NCBI RefSeq assembly: GCF_018350175.1
Contig: NC_058368.1
Span: 82,090,001 to 82,154,000 of the forward strand
Direction: 5' to 3'
Source: Felis catus
Taxonomy: Eukaryota
DNA: 64,000 nt
Below the pieces are notes generated by a model. The model did no database searches. It was given only the letters and a program-made list of their open reading frames with translations, and was not told the DNA's origin. The translations under genes were made by a program, and so were the position numbers. Below, piece after piece: positions 12,180-25,477 of the stretch (positions are counted from its first letter, which is position 1; each line of letters begins with the position of its first letter).

Positions 12180-15100
12180 GAGCAGAACCTGACGGAGCTG
12201 GAAAGAGCAAGCAGAGACACAGACAAATCCGTGAGTTCAGTCAGAGGCTTCAGAATTCTCTCGTACCTGACGAACAGGAAAAACACAGACCCACCTTATG
12301 GATAATTACACGATACTACACCCGACAGCAGCACATTCTTTCCAGTGCTTGGGGACATGCGTCAAGGTAGGCATACAGGGGGACATCAAACAAGTCTCAT
12401 GCTTAAAAGGCCTGAAATTCTACAGAATATGTCTTCTGACCACAATGGAATTAAATTAGAAATCTTAAAAAATACTACTAAATAAAAATTCAAAATCTAA
12501 CAGGAAGAGCACTATTAATAACTAAATGCTTGGAAATTAAGCAACACACTCTTTCTTTGAAGATATTAAGTAATCTCTGGACCTAACATGGGGCCCAAAC
12601 TTAACCCTGTGGGGAAAACAAAACAACTTACAACACTGAGATCAAGAGTCACACATTCCTCCGACTGAGCCAGCCCCAGCTGGCTTCTAAATAAATACGC
12701 CAGTAATTCTAAAACAGATAAAGTAAGTAAATGATACACTTTTAAATAAATAACCCATGAGTCAAAACCCACAAGGAAAATTAGAAGATATCTTGAATGA
12801 ATAGGAAAACACAACATATAAAAGTGTACAAAATACTGCTAAAGAGATGCCTACGGGGAAATTGACGGCTTCAAATGCTTCCATTAGAAAGAGGAGAGGT
12901 TTAAATACAGTGATGTAAGCATCTACCTTCAAAAGCCAGAAACAGAAGAGCAACTTAAAACCAAAGTAAATAGATGGAAGGAAATAGTACAAGGAGACAT
13001 CAAAGAAATGGAAAATGGACAGAGGAATCAGTAAAATCCAAAGCGGTTTGTTCATTTGAGAAGGCCAACAGAATGGAAGAGCCTTTAGCTAGACCAGTTA
13101 AAGACAGAGGTTAACAAACGTTATTATCAACACCAGCAATGAAAGGGCATGGTGAGAGATCCTAGAGAGAACATCTCAGGTCGGTTTATGCCAGTGAATT
13201 CTACAACTTAGACGGCACAGCCAAATGCCATGAAATTCACAAATTATCCGAGTGGACACAGGAAGAAACAGAATAATGGAATTTATAGTTTAAAATCTTT
13301 CCACAAAGAAAACCCCAGGAACAGAGAGTCTACTGGTGAATTCTATTAAACCTTCAAGGAGGAAGTAACACCAATCTTACACAGCCTTTCAAAAACCAGG
13401 AGAGAATACTTCACACCTATTTTTGAGTCCAGCATTACCCCAATACAAAAACCAGACAAGAAACTTATAGACCAAATATTAGCAATTTGAGTCCAGCAAT
13501 ATATAAAATCAATACACCAAAACCTAGTGTAATTTTCCTCAGAAGTAGAAGGTTGATTGAACATTTGAAAATCTAAGAAGAAATAAAAACATAATCATCT
13601 CAATAGAAGAAGCATTTGATGAAGTTTAACACTGTTGATTTAAAAAACAACACCTAGCAAACTAGGAATAGAAACGAACTTCCTCACATTTACTAGAGAT
13701 TTAAGTTAACATTACGCTTAACAGACTGCAAGCTTTGGCCTGGAGGCTGGGACGCGGCTGGGGTGGAGGTCTTAGCCACTGCACCAAGACAGGAAAAAGA
13801 AAGAAAACTCATAGAGATGGGAGGGAGTTAGTAGTCTTTATTCACACGACATGATCATGGGGGTAGAACGAATCAAATCTACAAAACTGCTACCAGAGCT
13901 AATGAGCCAATTTAGCAAAGTCACAAGAGGTCGCTAAACAAAGGTCAACCGTATTTCTTTCCACATTCTAGCAACAACCAGAGAATGAAATTTTAAAGTA
14001 CAGCCCCATTCACAGTAGCACCCAGAAATGTGTGGGATACAGAGAGAGAGATTACAGACTATGCACAAAGACATGTCCCCTGAAAATGAAAATAATTTAA
14101 ACGAGAGTAAAACAAACGAAGAGCCGCATCCGGTTGTTAACACGTCCACTTTCTCCAAGGTGATAAGTACATTCGATGCCCGCCAAAATCCTTTATAGAA
14201 AATGGCAAACTCCTTTTAGAATGCCTACGAAATTCAAAGAGTCAACGCAACTTGTAAAAGAGCAGCTGGAGAGCTTACTCTCCCGAACTCTGCCAGATCT
14301 TTTGTGAAGCTAGAGACGGAGGCACCGGGCGTCCGTGCAGATGAGCCGAACGCATCAGGAAATGCCACGGCATGCGCACCTGTATGCAACCACGTCACTT
14401 TCAACAAAGATGCCAACGTAACTTAATGGCTCAGAAAAGTCTTTTTATCAAATAGCTGTCATATATGGGGGGGGGGGGAGGAATGAACACCGATTTTTAT
14501 CTCACACCTTGATCGTAGGCCCAATTGTAGAAGTTAAAACCATGAAACATCTAGAAGAAAACACAGGAGAAAATCATTAAGATGTTGGGAAATACAGAGA
14601 TTTCTTAGAACACAAAAAACATGAAGCCTGAAGGAAATACTGACCATTTAGATTTTAATTAAATTTAAAGCTTACTTTTTGAAAGATACTATTAAGAAAT
14701 ATAATAGCAAGCCACATAATGGGAGAAATATTTACAACACGTCGAAGTATTTCTATCCAGACTATATTAAAAAACAAACAAACACTTAGATCTCAAAAGC
14801 AACAAATCATTTTAACAAATTAGGACAAAGTTTGAACAGACACTAACCAAAGAAGATGGGTGAGTGGTTATGAGGCACATGGAAGGAACTTTTCAGGGCA
14901 ATAGTCTCCAGGAAAATGCAAACTAGTCACAATTAGTGACAATGATGCAGCTATCCTGATTGCTTTTAATTGGGAAGGCTGGTAATATCAAGCGTTGATA
15001 AGGATGTTACTGTTGATGTGAATATAGAATAGTGCCACTGCTTTGGAAAAGTATTCAACCGTTTCTTTTTAAACACAGACTCCCTTATGACCCAGCTTTT

Positions 15101-15230
15101 CCATTCTGAGGGATTTCCCAGGAGAAAGGAAAGTATCATCTGCCCAATGACATGGTTTTGAACAGTCATCACACTTTATTCGTAACAACACTGTCTTTCA
15201 GCAGGTGAACGGGTAAACAGGTGTCGTGCA
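12180..15230 (+). mobile_element. Ancient degenerate L1 ORF2/3' region, containing a truncated antisense SINE at about 12565-12680
   Basis: A-rich strand with L1 ORF2-like segments in the expected order (TCTGACCACAATGGAATTAAATTAGAAATC; CTGGTGAATTCTA; ATCATCTCAATAGA; CTAGAAGAAAACACAGGAGAAAA; TATGACCCAGC); no intact ORF. Confidence 0.85.
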
Positions 15231-15667
15231 GGGGAATCCACCCCATCCCCTCTGAGCAGGTCATGGGGTAACGTGTTGAAGTATCTTTGTGTTGCTTTCA
15301 GTTCCCGTTCTGTCTCCCACCATTAGTAAAAGGCTCTGGTTAGCCACATCTCATTTCTCAAACTAGCACAGGCCCTAGTTAGCACCACCCCAGACCCCAG
15401 CGCCCACAGACAGCAACAGGTGAGTATGTCACTGGGAACATGAGCATACCTGAACTTTCACAATTACTCCTGCTCCAAATGACTTGGAACTGTTTTGAGT
15501 TAATCTGCTTTCCAAGGAAGTAAACGTTTGGTTCTTTTTTATGGGAGTTCCTTTTTCATAGCTCTCTAAAAGGAAGACTGCCTTGGTTTAAGTACTTCAA
15601 GGAATCTGTGGAAAGGAAGTTGTCAGAGATGTACGCAAGACACGTATAGATATTCTCAATGGCATGA

Positions 15668-16022
15668 TTTATTTTGAGAGAGAAAATGAACAGGTGGGGA
15701 GGGGCAGAGAGAGAGGGAAAGAGAGAGTCCCAAGCAGGCTCTGTGCTGTCAGCATGGAGCCCGATTCGGGGCTCGAACTCATGAACCGTGAGATCATGAC
15801 CTGAGCCAAAATCAAGAGTCAGACACTTAATTGACTGAGCCACCTAATGCACCTCAATGGCATTATTTTTCTAAATAACTTATTTTATTTTAGAGAGCAC
15901 ATGCACACGTGCGACCGGGGAAGAGGGGCAAAGGATGAGAATCTTGATCTCAGCACCCTGGGATCATGACCTGAGCTGAAATCAAGAGTTGGACACTCAG
16001 CCAACTGAGCCACCCAGGCACT
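15668..16022 (-). mobile_element. Two adjacent antisense CAN-SINEs (about 15668-15852 and 15880-16022)
   Basis: Two ACTGAGCCACC heads; target motif present three times. Confidence 0.85.
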
Positions 16023-16667
16023 ACTCGTGGCATTATTTTAAACACCAAGAAAGTAAAGGCAGTCTAAGTGCCTTAAAGGAGAGGACTGATTTTCACAAGT
16101 GCTGGGTGAGAGGGGGTCTCGATTCTTTCTCCACGCAATAGCACACATTTCACTTGAAAGCTTATGGTTTTCTATTTTTCTGACATGTTATTCATTCACT
16201 TATTCTGTAAACTTACAGTCTTACACTTTTCAGCCACGATTTACTTGGCTTTTGTATAATTAATAAACCAAAAGTAAAAGTTCTTGCTGTCAACGGGCAA
16301 GAGAAGTGGGAAAGAGAAGTGAAAAATCTTGTCCCCAGGTAGTAAAGCACAGGAGGTGGCACAGACCCAGCTCTCACTGTGAGAGGCCCCGCAGAGAGCG
16401 CCTCCTCCTTGCAGGCCCAGTGCTGGGAAACCTTACTATTCTGCAAGTGACTGCCAGCCAGTTCGTGGGCAAAGAAAAAATGATGGAGAACTTGAGTGAA
16501 ACAGAAATACAAGCAAATGCTCCAGCTGATGTGACCAGGCAATAGAAAACGTTATGCCCTTTAACGGTCGCTGGCGGGGTATAAACTGCCAATATGTACT
16601 ACACACCATTGCTTTTTACCTAGTAGATTTGTTCTGTTTATTTCAGTGACTATCCATCTCATGTGTA

Positions 16668-16876
16668 TTTTTTTTAATGTTTATTTATTTTTGAGAGACA
16701 GAGACAGCGTGAGCAGGGGAGGGGAAGAGGGAGAGAGGGAGACACAGAATCGGAAGCAGGCTCCAGGCTTCGAGCTGTCAGCACAGAGCCCAACGCGGGG
16801 TTTGAATTCACAGACCGTGAGATCACGACCTGAGGGGAAGGCAGACGCTTAGCCAGCTGAGCCACCCAGATACCCC
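16668..16876 (-). mobile_element. CAN-SINE
   Basis: Full-length antisense copy. Confidence 0.9.
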
Positions 16877-18186
16877 TCGTGTCTTTCAACACATGGCAGT
16901 TCCAGCCTCACTGGGTTCATCCTCACGTTCCCCTTATTTGTAAGTTCTTCCACAGTGCGAAACCTGCAAAGCATCTACTTAATATGTTTAACACCCTAAA
17001 ACAGAGTATTTTAAGAACTGCTAACTCCTACCCCTGCGAACATTAATAAAGGGAAACCTTGTTTAGAATGGAGGCCGGGTCGGGAGGGGACTGCCTGGGG
17101 GGAACGCGCATGCCCAGCCACTGTCCTCAAGTGCAGATCTAACAGGAAGTCTGATTATATGTTAGAAGCTGAGAGGAAGGGAAGCTGGACAGAAATGACA
17201 ACAAGGAAGAACACAAAATTTACGAAAAGCAAACAAACATTAAGAACTAAGGGGGGAAAGCCACCAGAATCAAGGACTGTTCGGTAGAGTGACCGGCAGT
17301 AATCAACACACCTGCACTGAAGAGGCTCCAGGAACATTCCAGAGGTGGTGAGTTGGGGAGATCTCAGTGAAGCCACAGGACAGGAGAGGAAGGAAGGAGC
17401 TGGGAAACTGGGTGTCTGAGTAACTGTACCAGCCAAGGTGGGGGGAGGTAAAGGGAGGGGTGCCAGAGCTCCAGAAGGCAGTGAAAGACAAGACCCAGGG
17501 AGCCTTTAGGCAACCAGGGAAAGGTGCCTTTACAACACTCAGGCAATAAGGAGTGAGGCAGAAAGGTATTTCCGGAAGGTTCTAGAAGCACAAAGACTCG
17601 GATTTCCTTTGCCGTGGCACGCGGGGATATAAGCAACACCAGTGTTTCCGAGCGTTCTAGATAAATGGTGCCCCCCTCCACGACCCGTTCCGACACATCC
17701 TTCAGGAGGGCGTCACAGCTGGCAATCACTGTATAACCTCTGAACCCCATTCCTCCAAGATTTCGTCTAGCCCTAAGTTCTGCACTCTGAGTTGTTTACA
17801 AAAACGGGTTTTGGTTTGTTTCAAACGTGAGCTGTGACATTCGGTACACGTGTTCCACCCCTCCCCACCCTTGTCCCCCCACTTCAGCCTCCTCAAGCGT
17901 CAGTCGACCAGAGGAGCCCCGCGGCCAGAGTGCCCCACGCCACGAGAGAGGAGCACGTTAGCACTGCGGCCCTTGAGGAAACCCGCAGCCAGCGCGGGCC
18001 TCCCTGCGTCCCTGGGGCCCGGGGCGTCTCGGGTCGCGCGCCTCGGCAGAAAGACGCCCTTCTCCGGCGTGACCGTCGTCGCCTCCCTCAGCGGACGCCT
18101 CGCCGGCGGCGGAGGCGGGGAACTGCCTCCCCACGCGCTCGCGGCGCGCACTTGCGGCTTCAAGTGGCCCAGAGGCCGGGGTGCGC

Positions 18187-18326
18187 GTCACGTGGCGCCA
18201 CGGTCACGTGCCCACAGGTCACGTGCGAGGCCGGTTCTAACCCAGGGGAAGACGCCGTGCCCTCTCGCTCTCGCGAGATCCGCGGGGGTCACGTGACGGT
18301 GCGGGCGCGGCGCGGCCTCACGTGAC
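18187..18326. promoter_or_regulatory. LAMP1: Cluster of five CLEAR/E-box sites (MiT/TFE and USF type) plus a TCTCGCGAGA palindrome
   Basis: GTCACGTGGC 18187, GTCACGTGCC 18203, GTCACGTGCG 18218, GTCACGTGAC 18288, CTCACGTGAC 18317; TCTCGCGAGA 18269-18278. Confidence 0.9.
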
Positions 18327-18486
18327 GGGCGCCGCCGGCCGAAGGGTCTCCTTCTTGCCGCGGGCGCCGCAGCGGCCGGGCTTCTGGACCCCGGGACCCT
18401 CCCCCGCCCTCACGCCGGCCCCCGGCCCGCCCGCGGCCCAACCGCCCTCGACCCGCTCGGCTCCGGCCTCGGCAGCCCTCGCGCCC

Positions 18487-18538
18487 ATGGCGGCCCTCGG
18501 CGGCGCCCGGCGGCGGCCTCTGTTCCTGCTGCTGCTCG
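18487..18538 (+). CDS. LAMP1: LAMP1 exon 1, signal peptide (MAALGGARRRPLFLLLL)
   Basis: ATG in cccATGG context, leucine-rich leader, gtgagg donor at 18539. Confidence 0.93.
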
Positions 18539-20804
18539 GTGAGGGGCCGGGGACGCCGGGGCAGGGAGGGGGGCCGTGGGTTGGGGTCCCCGGGGACGCG
18601 GGGCGGGGGTACCCGGCGGCCGCGGACGATGCGGGGCGGAACCGGTTGGGGGGGTAGCGGGCCCGCGAGTCGTCCCCGCCCCGGCGGAGGTCGGCACTTG
18701 GGGGCCGGCCTGGAGCCCTCTGGCCGCTGCCTGAGGAGTTGGGTCGAGATGTCAGCTGAGGGCCACCGAGCTCGTTCTCCGGCTGTTAGGGTGGAACTAA
18801 GTGGCTTGTGGGTTTCGGGACGGCTGTGGTTTAGCCACGGAAGACCGAGTGAAGCTGTGCAGCCCGAGGCGGCGGTACCTGCGTGGTCCTTCTGTCCCCC
18901 GCCCCCCGGGGGATACGGCTCCTACCGAGGAGGAAGGAGGGCGACGTGTTGGTCCGGACGCTCAGAATATGTCTTTGGTGCTTTAACTTTGCCCTTCTGG
19001 GACGGCTGCAAGTGCTGTCCCCTGCGCTGCTTTGATGTGAACTTCAGGTTCGGGTGACATTTGGGAGCGCCCGCAGCGGGTAGAGTGCGAGGTCGGCGGC
19101 CCCAAGCCGCGGCCGCACAATGGCAGTATTGTTTTCTAGCGAGTGGTCGGTCGTCAGGAGCGCTGCCTCCGTTCCCGAGTCAAAGCGCGGGACCCCATCA
19201 GTGCGGATCTCAGAGCGGTCGGCGGGCGCTCGGTGTGCGATTGACTGAGTTTTGTTCTCGTTTTCTGGTCTCATGAGAAAGAGGAATGTGCGCCGTCTCC
19301 TAAATCTGCGCAGATGCCCTTGGTGAACCTGTCTGCGGTGCCACACCCTTTCACCCCGCTCCCAGTTAACACGGGAAGATCATCCGAAAGGCAGAGTTTG
19401 AAATATCCGGAAGACAATTCCCGGAGCTCACGCGAGCTCACACGATGTGGATGCACGTTACAGTACACACCTGCCCGGGGGTTCTGGAAATAGGTCTTTT
19501 TCTACTGTAAATTGTGCGCCTGTGAATGGGTGGATTTGGATGTCACCTGTTTGCCTGTTGTGTAAAGTGAGTTCTCTGAGCTGCATGAATAGCCACCAGG
19601 CGTGACCTTATTCCCTCGGTACACCCTAAGCTGCCCTCCCTGGCAGTGTAGCTACAAGAGGAGTTGGTGGAACAGGTTTGGCGGTGTCGGCCGGCAGCGT
19701 GTTCGGTATTAGAAGAGCTCGCCCTCAAAGGGAAGAGAAACCTCTTTAGCTCCCTGCGGGGCGGTAGCTGGGCATATTGTACGTGTAGTTAACTTTGTAA
19801 TCCCTATTCCACTGTATCTTTCTAAGTTTTATGTTCAGTTAAAATCCAACTTTTAGGAAAGGCGTCTTAATTTGGATTTAGGTCTTTTTAAAACGATGTT
19901 TATTTTGATGTATAATTTTACCAAAAAGCATCTTTTCTGAAAGCATATTTCAAACTTCGAAATTACTAAATCCTCCTTCATTAATAATTAGACATTTCTT
20001 AAAGCTGCTTTTGTGTTTGAATACTTGGTAGAAAGCATAGACCAGGGTGAACTGAAACCGTCTGACACTTGAGATGAAGTGTAATTGCGTAATGGGACTC
20101 TTTAAACCACTGGTGTCAACTAGATGACTTCCTTCCCCTTACTCTAGTTAACATGACTGTTGATTGTGGAAGTTTGTTAGCTACTCGGGTTGGTGACCAA
20201 ATTCTTAATGGTGTTTGAGACCAAAATGTTCGAGGCCTGTGATTTTGAACTTCTTTTGTTAGACACGTCCCAGGCAGTGTCCGTCCTCCCTTCTCTCTGC
20301 ATCTGCGGGACGTGACTACACGCATGCATGGCGTGAGCTTTCACTGGAACGTCATTCCAGTCGTGCTGTGATGATGTTTCCACCTTGGGCCTCACACGTA
20401 GTAAGTGCTCGGCACTTACCTAGACTCTGTTCTGTAAGCGCTGGTCCCTAACCACACATCTATGTCCACACTTTAGAAGTGTCCGTGCTCATGGCCTGTC
20501 CCTCCAGGCTGTGATTCGGAGTGTGGGAAGGAACCTTCCCTGTGATTTGGAGTGTGGAAAGGACGTGCTTCCTTTAGTCATAGGTGGTTATGTGTCACCT
20601 GATTAAAAAGAAAAATACTGGATTTAAAAGAATCAAGTAATGACAAACTAGGAAGTATTTCTTCTAAAAAGTTTAACGAAGAAATGTATTCACTTGTTCC
20701 TTTGGATGGCAGCTGCTTTTATTTCAAAAATGAGCATTTTGTCATTTGAAACGTATCCACTCACTCAGCAAGTTTTGGCACTCAGTTCCCGATTGCTCAG
20801 CACT

Positions 20805-21280
20805 CCCTAGCTGTGTGACCTTAAGCAAATTAGGTCCCTGTCCCTTAGTCTCCACAGCTGTGAAAGGGAATCGCAGTAGCGTTTACCTGTTAAGGTTGCC
20901 ACGATAGTTGAATCAGCTGCAAAGTGCTTGGCCAGGTCCTGGCACGTAACACGTGCATAACAAGTGCTTGTTAAATGACATAACTTATTTGACATTTTCC
21001 GTCAGGTTCTGAGGGTTTAGTGACGAACTCGATGGGTGAGGTCTATATGGCTCTGTTTAAATATTGTCAGTGAGCATTAAAGCCAGTGCTATTGCCCTGT
21101 ACTGTGTGCTGCTGTGCACTGGCTCCTTTGATACTCCCATGACCCCGAGGGGTCAGCACGCTTGTTCTGGCCCGTGGGCGCATAAACCGAGGGCAGCGAC
21201 TGCTGCCGGCCCCAGGTCACACAGCTAGTGAGTGGCGGAGTCTGCAACAGAACCAGACTCGCTTCCCACAGCTGTACTTG
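20805..21280. mobile_element. Two MIR fragments in opposite orientation (about 20805-20975 and 21090-21280)
   Basis: CTAGCTGTGTGACCTT core and its reverse complement AGGTCACACAGCTAG. Confidence 0.65.
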
Positions 21281-23535
21281 TGTCAGAAGGGAATTCCTAC
21301 CGGTGAGGGTACCTTGAAGGAATAGGCTGAAGTTACTCATTTATGTGGTCCCCGGAGAAATGGTGGAGTCCGCACCTGTGTGCTGGATGGACCGCCACAG
21401 GCCAGGGAGCAAGCTTGTTAGAGGGCCACAGACAGCTTCTGACAGCATGCATAAGTTTCTCTTGTAAGTGTGCGATCTGATGCTCCCAGAGACGTTTTTC
21501 TCCGGACTAAAATTTGGCTTCTGGGGATAAGTTTCTTGTTTTAGTAATTGAAAGTTTCTGGCCCCTCCAGAATAATTGTGGATATCTAGTGTTGGTAAAA
21601 CTTACTTTAAATTTGATGTTGTAATACTTGTTTTACTTTGAAAGCTCATACCCTCAGCATATTTACTAAGTGAAAACGTTCTGTGACTGAAAAGTTATTT
21701 AACGTGAAATAGTTCCCAATGAAGTGCTTGGAGTCAGTAAAAGGGTGTTAATGACTTAAGGAACTAACTTCTGGAAAGGCAGCTTGGTTAGAACTGCTGT
21801 GTGTGTGCTCCTGTGAGAGGCAGCCACCTGCCCTGTCTGTGGCATGCGTGGTCACACAGTAACTCCAGCAGCCAAGCCAGAACCACGGCCATGTGAGGGC
21901 ATCTCAGGCCTGAGAGAGCCCTGGTGGCAGGGTGGGGGGGTGGGGGCGGGTAGCAGCCGTGCGCTCGTGGTCTGGGTCAGCGTCCCTCACACACTTGCTT
22001 CTGCCCGCCGAGCCTGCTTCCACCTTGCTGGCCTCTCTGAACCGCTGGTGCCCTTAACCCATCCCTCTCCAAAGGCACGGGGATGATTTCTCTGTTTTTA
22101 AAATCCTTTACTGAGTTAAAAACAAGCTGTGGAATTTTCTCTAGGTTTTACAGTGGAAATTCATTTATCGGAGTTGCCTTTAGTGTAACCTGAGTTTTCA
22201 GGGGCATAGGTTAAGAATTCGCAAAACAGACAAAAACTGCACAGGTTTCTTGTTTGCCATAGGTTGCTGCTTTTTCCTGCAGCAGCTTCTCTGTGAACCT
22301 AGATTTTGGTGTTTCCCGTACCAGAAGAATACGGGAAGGTATGTGGGGTTTCTGGCTACTTTTTGCTTTATGCTTGAATAGTAGTTGGCTTTAAAGATTT
22401 TATTTTGTGAAAGTCGCAAGAGTGTAATAAACTGGGTTCGTTAGGGTCATTTATTTTTTGGGGGGCAGGGATTTTAGAATGAAAAGTTAATCGAGTGTGT
22501 ACTAAGTGTCTTCAAAATGTGCCTGTGTCACATGTATGCCTGGAGTGGTTGGAGTGTCGGGAAAAGGTGTGCAGGGACTGGCAGGCATGTCACTGGAGGG
22601 AGGGCACGTCACTTCTGACCCCCACGGCACCCAGTGCTGGCAGACTAGTTCTTGGTTTCAGAACTAGTGAAAACACCCATTTTTGTTGCAAGAACAGTGT
22701 ACTAACATGTGGCTTGGGAAAATTACCTACTGCTCTACCACAGTGGTCGGATGACATTCGCTGCTAAACCCATCAGAGCTATAGGACATCAAGAAGCCAG
22801 AGATGGCTCTGGCCCTGAGAATTTGAAGAGGAAATCGCTAGCCACCATCACTGTTGAGCTGGAGGGACCCATGAGAGCTTCATTCTGTCCCTTCCTTCAG
22901 GGATGTGGCAGCCCTGCCTAGATGAGTTGACTGATGGCCTGACGTGCAGCCAAGTCTAGGTTCAGTTGAATCACTGGTTTTTAAGGATGTTTCTGAAACT
23001 TGGCGAAGGACTCGGATCTGTGAGTCTGTGGCTTTTCTTTCCACACCAGCGGTCCATGAGAAGTAACAAGAGATCTAACTTTAAATAGTTTAGGACCACA
23101 GCAAAAGATTCCCCAGTTCTCCCATGGGCTTCTGCGGAAGATCGGTATTCAGGTTGAGTTGTGCCTCTGGGACCCTGATACATCTTCCAGAGACCCTCTG
23201 AGGACTGAGTGCAGAACAGCATGTGCCTAGGTTGACCCGGAAATTGACATGTGACCTCCCTGTCAGTACCCTGACATCAGGCATTAAAGAGCTGTTGGTC
23301 AGGTGGGCAGACTAACTAGTGAGTTTAGAGGTAACGTTTCCAGGATCCTATCTAGGAGGGACAGGAAAGACAGCCCAGCTGAACCCAGCCTTGGTAACCC
23401 ACGTCTCGATCTTGTAAGCAGCACAGTAGTATTTCCTAATAAAGTCCATTATTGCCACAGCTAGAGACCACAGAAGCGCCCAGTTGTATTTTCAAAACCT
23501 TGTTTGGATATTTCTGTCTTTCCTGGAGTTAGCAG

Positions 23536-23654
23536 GCCTCCTACATGGCACGGCGGCCACGTTTGTGGTGACGGACGGCAATGGGACGGCTTGCATCATG
23601 GCCAACTTCTCTGCTGCCTTCGTGACCAGCTATGATACCAGGAACGGTCCTACG
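23536..23654 (+). CDS. LAMP1: LAMP1 exon 2 (GLLHGTAATFVVTDGNGTACIMANFSAAF...NGPT); alternative start at 23533
   Basis: TAGCAG tandem acceptor, gtagga donor; CIMANFS LAMP motif. Confidence 0.93.
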
Positions 23655-23875
23655 GTAGGAAGCACCAGGGTCCTTCATGCAGGGTGTGGTGTGTGTGAAG
23701 ATGTTTGTTATTATCGTTTCAAATAAATGTTTGAGAAATGACCTCACCGTAGCACAGTTCCCCTGTGCCTTAGTAGTATCCTCCTCCGCTCATCAGTAGC
23801 CTATGCTACTGTATATACTGAAGGTGCAGTCAGATATGTAAACCATTTTATGCCCTGCTCTTGCTGTTCTATGAA

Positions 23876-24078
23876 TTTTTTTTAACGTTTATTTGGGGGA
23901 GAGAGAGGGGAGGGGGCATGCAAGCAGGGGAGGGGCAGACAGACAGCAGGACAGAGGATCCGAAGCAGGTTCCAGGCTGTCAGCACAGAGCCCAATGCGG
24001 GGCTCGAACCCACAGACTGTGAGATCATGACCTGAGCCAAAGTCAGACGCTCAACCGACTGAGCCACCCAGGCGCCCC
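23876..24078 (-). mobile_element. CAN-SINE
   Basis: Antisense head GAGCCACCCAGGCGCCCC and T tail. Confidence 0.92.
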
Positions 24079-24994
24079 CTGCTTTAACGGTTTTATATGA
24101 GTGTAATCCCTGTTTTCCTCACAATTACTTTTTGTGATCACAGTGCAGTGTTCTCTTATGTCGATCAGCCTCATGTGTTGGAGCCTCTCCTGTTTTCTGT
24201 TTTCTGATGTACTTTCGTGCTCAGGGCACAGCGGTGTGAATACACTTTTCCTGATGTGTTGAATTTGCTTTGGATAAACCACTAGGCTCCAGGAATTGCA
24301 TATAAACAGCTGAGCAATGCTGCAGGCTGTACTCGTCCAAAATGCCCCTCATTGTTTTCTTAAAATAACTTGCACTTCTACGGGATGAAAGGGTTTTTTG
24401 AATTTATTAGATTCCTAACAAGTAAGCTGCATCTGTATTTCTTTGTCAGTTACCCACTAGTGGACATCATGCTTCTTTTTCACATTTACTCCTGTATGTA
24501 TCTCTAAACCAAATTTTGTTTTTAGTTCTTTGTTGAAGCCACCATTTTTCCTTGCCCACCTCACAGGGCAGTGGTGGGGCCCCTGGACTTTGTGCCAGGT
24601 GCTCAAGCCCCATCCGGCCTCCACGTAAACATGGTCACATTCCAGACCAGAGAGAAACGGGCAGGCTCCGTCCCGCAGGAGTGTCTCAAGTTACAGAGAC
24701 TCGTCCAAACACTTTTGTTGTCCTTGCTACATTACTTGTTTTGCGTTTGGATTTTTAAAATATCATTTGGACATATATTATGTTACACAGATGGGATTGC
24801 CCACGTGCTGTTATGTGCCTTACTCTTCACCGTGTTGGTCTCTGTCACCTTGCAGAGTTCTGTCGTCTCAGGAGCAGCTTATCCGCGGCTCACTTAGCCG
24901 GTCCTGCTCGTTTCCGGGGTCACCCGGTGGTTCTGTAGTTTTGTCTGTAATGGTAAATTCAAACAGTTCTGCAGCAAACATCTTTTTCTCTGTT

Positions 24995-25110
24995 TAAAGA
25001 GACTTTAAGTGCAGTCGACACCCGATGTTACATTAGCTTCAGGTGTGCAATTTAGGATTTGACAAGTTTGTTCCTTATGCTGACTACACATGTAGCTACT
25101 GTGGGACCCA
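24995..25110 (-). mobile_element. Short L1 3'-end fragment
   Basis: TTACATTAGCTTCAGGTGTGCAA…TGTAGCTAC resembles recalled carnivore L1 3' ends. Confidence 0.5.
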
Positions 25111-25477
25111 TGAAGAGACATACTCTTTAAACATTTTTATAGCACACGAGTAGTGATGGTTTTCTCAAATATAAATACATAGCTCACTTGAAGGCCAATA
25201 TGAATTATTTCAGTTAACCAAGATCACTTTAGTTTAAAAATGCTACAAATTAAAATTATGTTAATTGTCCGCTTTGTCTTACACTTGAATTATTTCTCAG
25301 TCTGTACTGACACATAATCCTGACTTTACGAATGTTTTTATCGATGTCGGAGGTGAATGTGCTCACTGCAGCCTCTGAGGTGGGGGGCTGATGTCCCTCT
25401 TCCTGAAGGTCTTCCTTGGTGCATCTGAATCACTTTAGTGGTTTGCGTTCTGACTGGGTGTGTGTCCTTTGTTCTAG

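Larger units (their letters stand above)
17850..19450 (+). promoter_or_regulatory. LAMP1: LAMP1 CpG-island promoter
   Basis: Very GC- and CpG-dense stretch spanning exon 1; boundaries estimated by eye. Confidence 0.9.

Noticed and set aside
12180..15230. Active L1 or domesticated reverse transcriptase
   Set aside because: Many stops, indels, internal deletions and a SINE insertion; no long ORF
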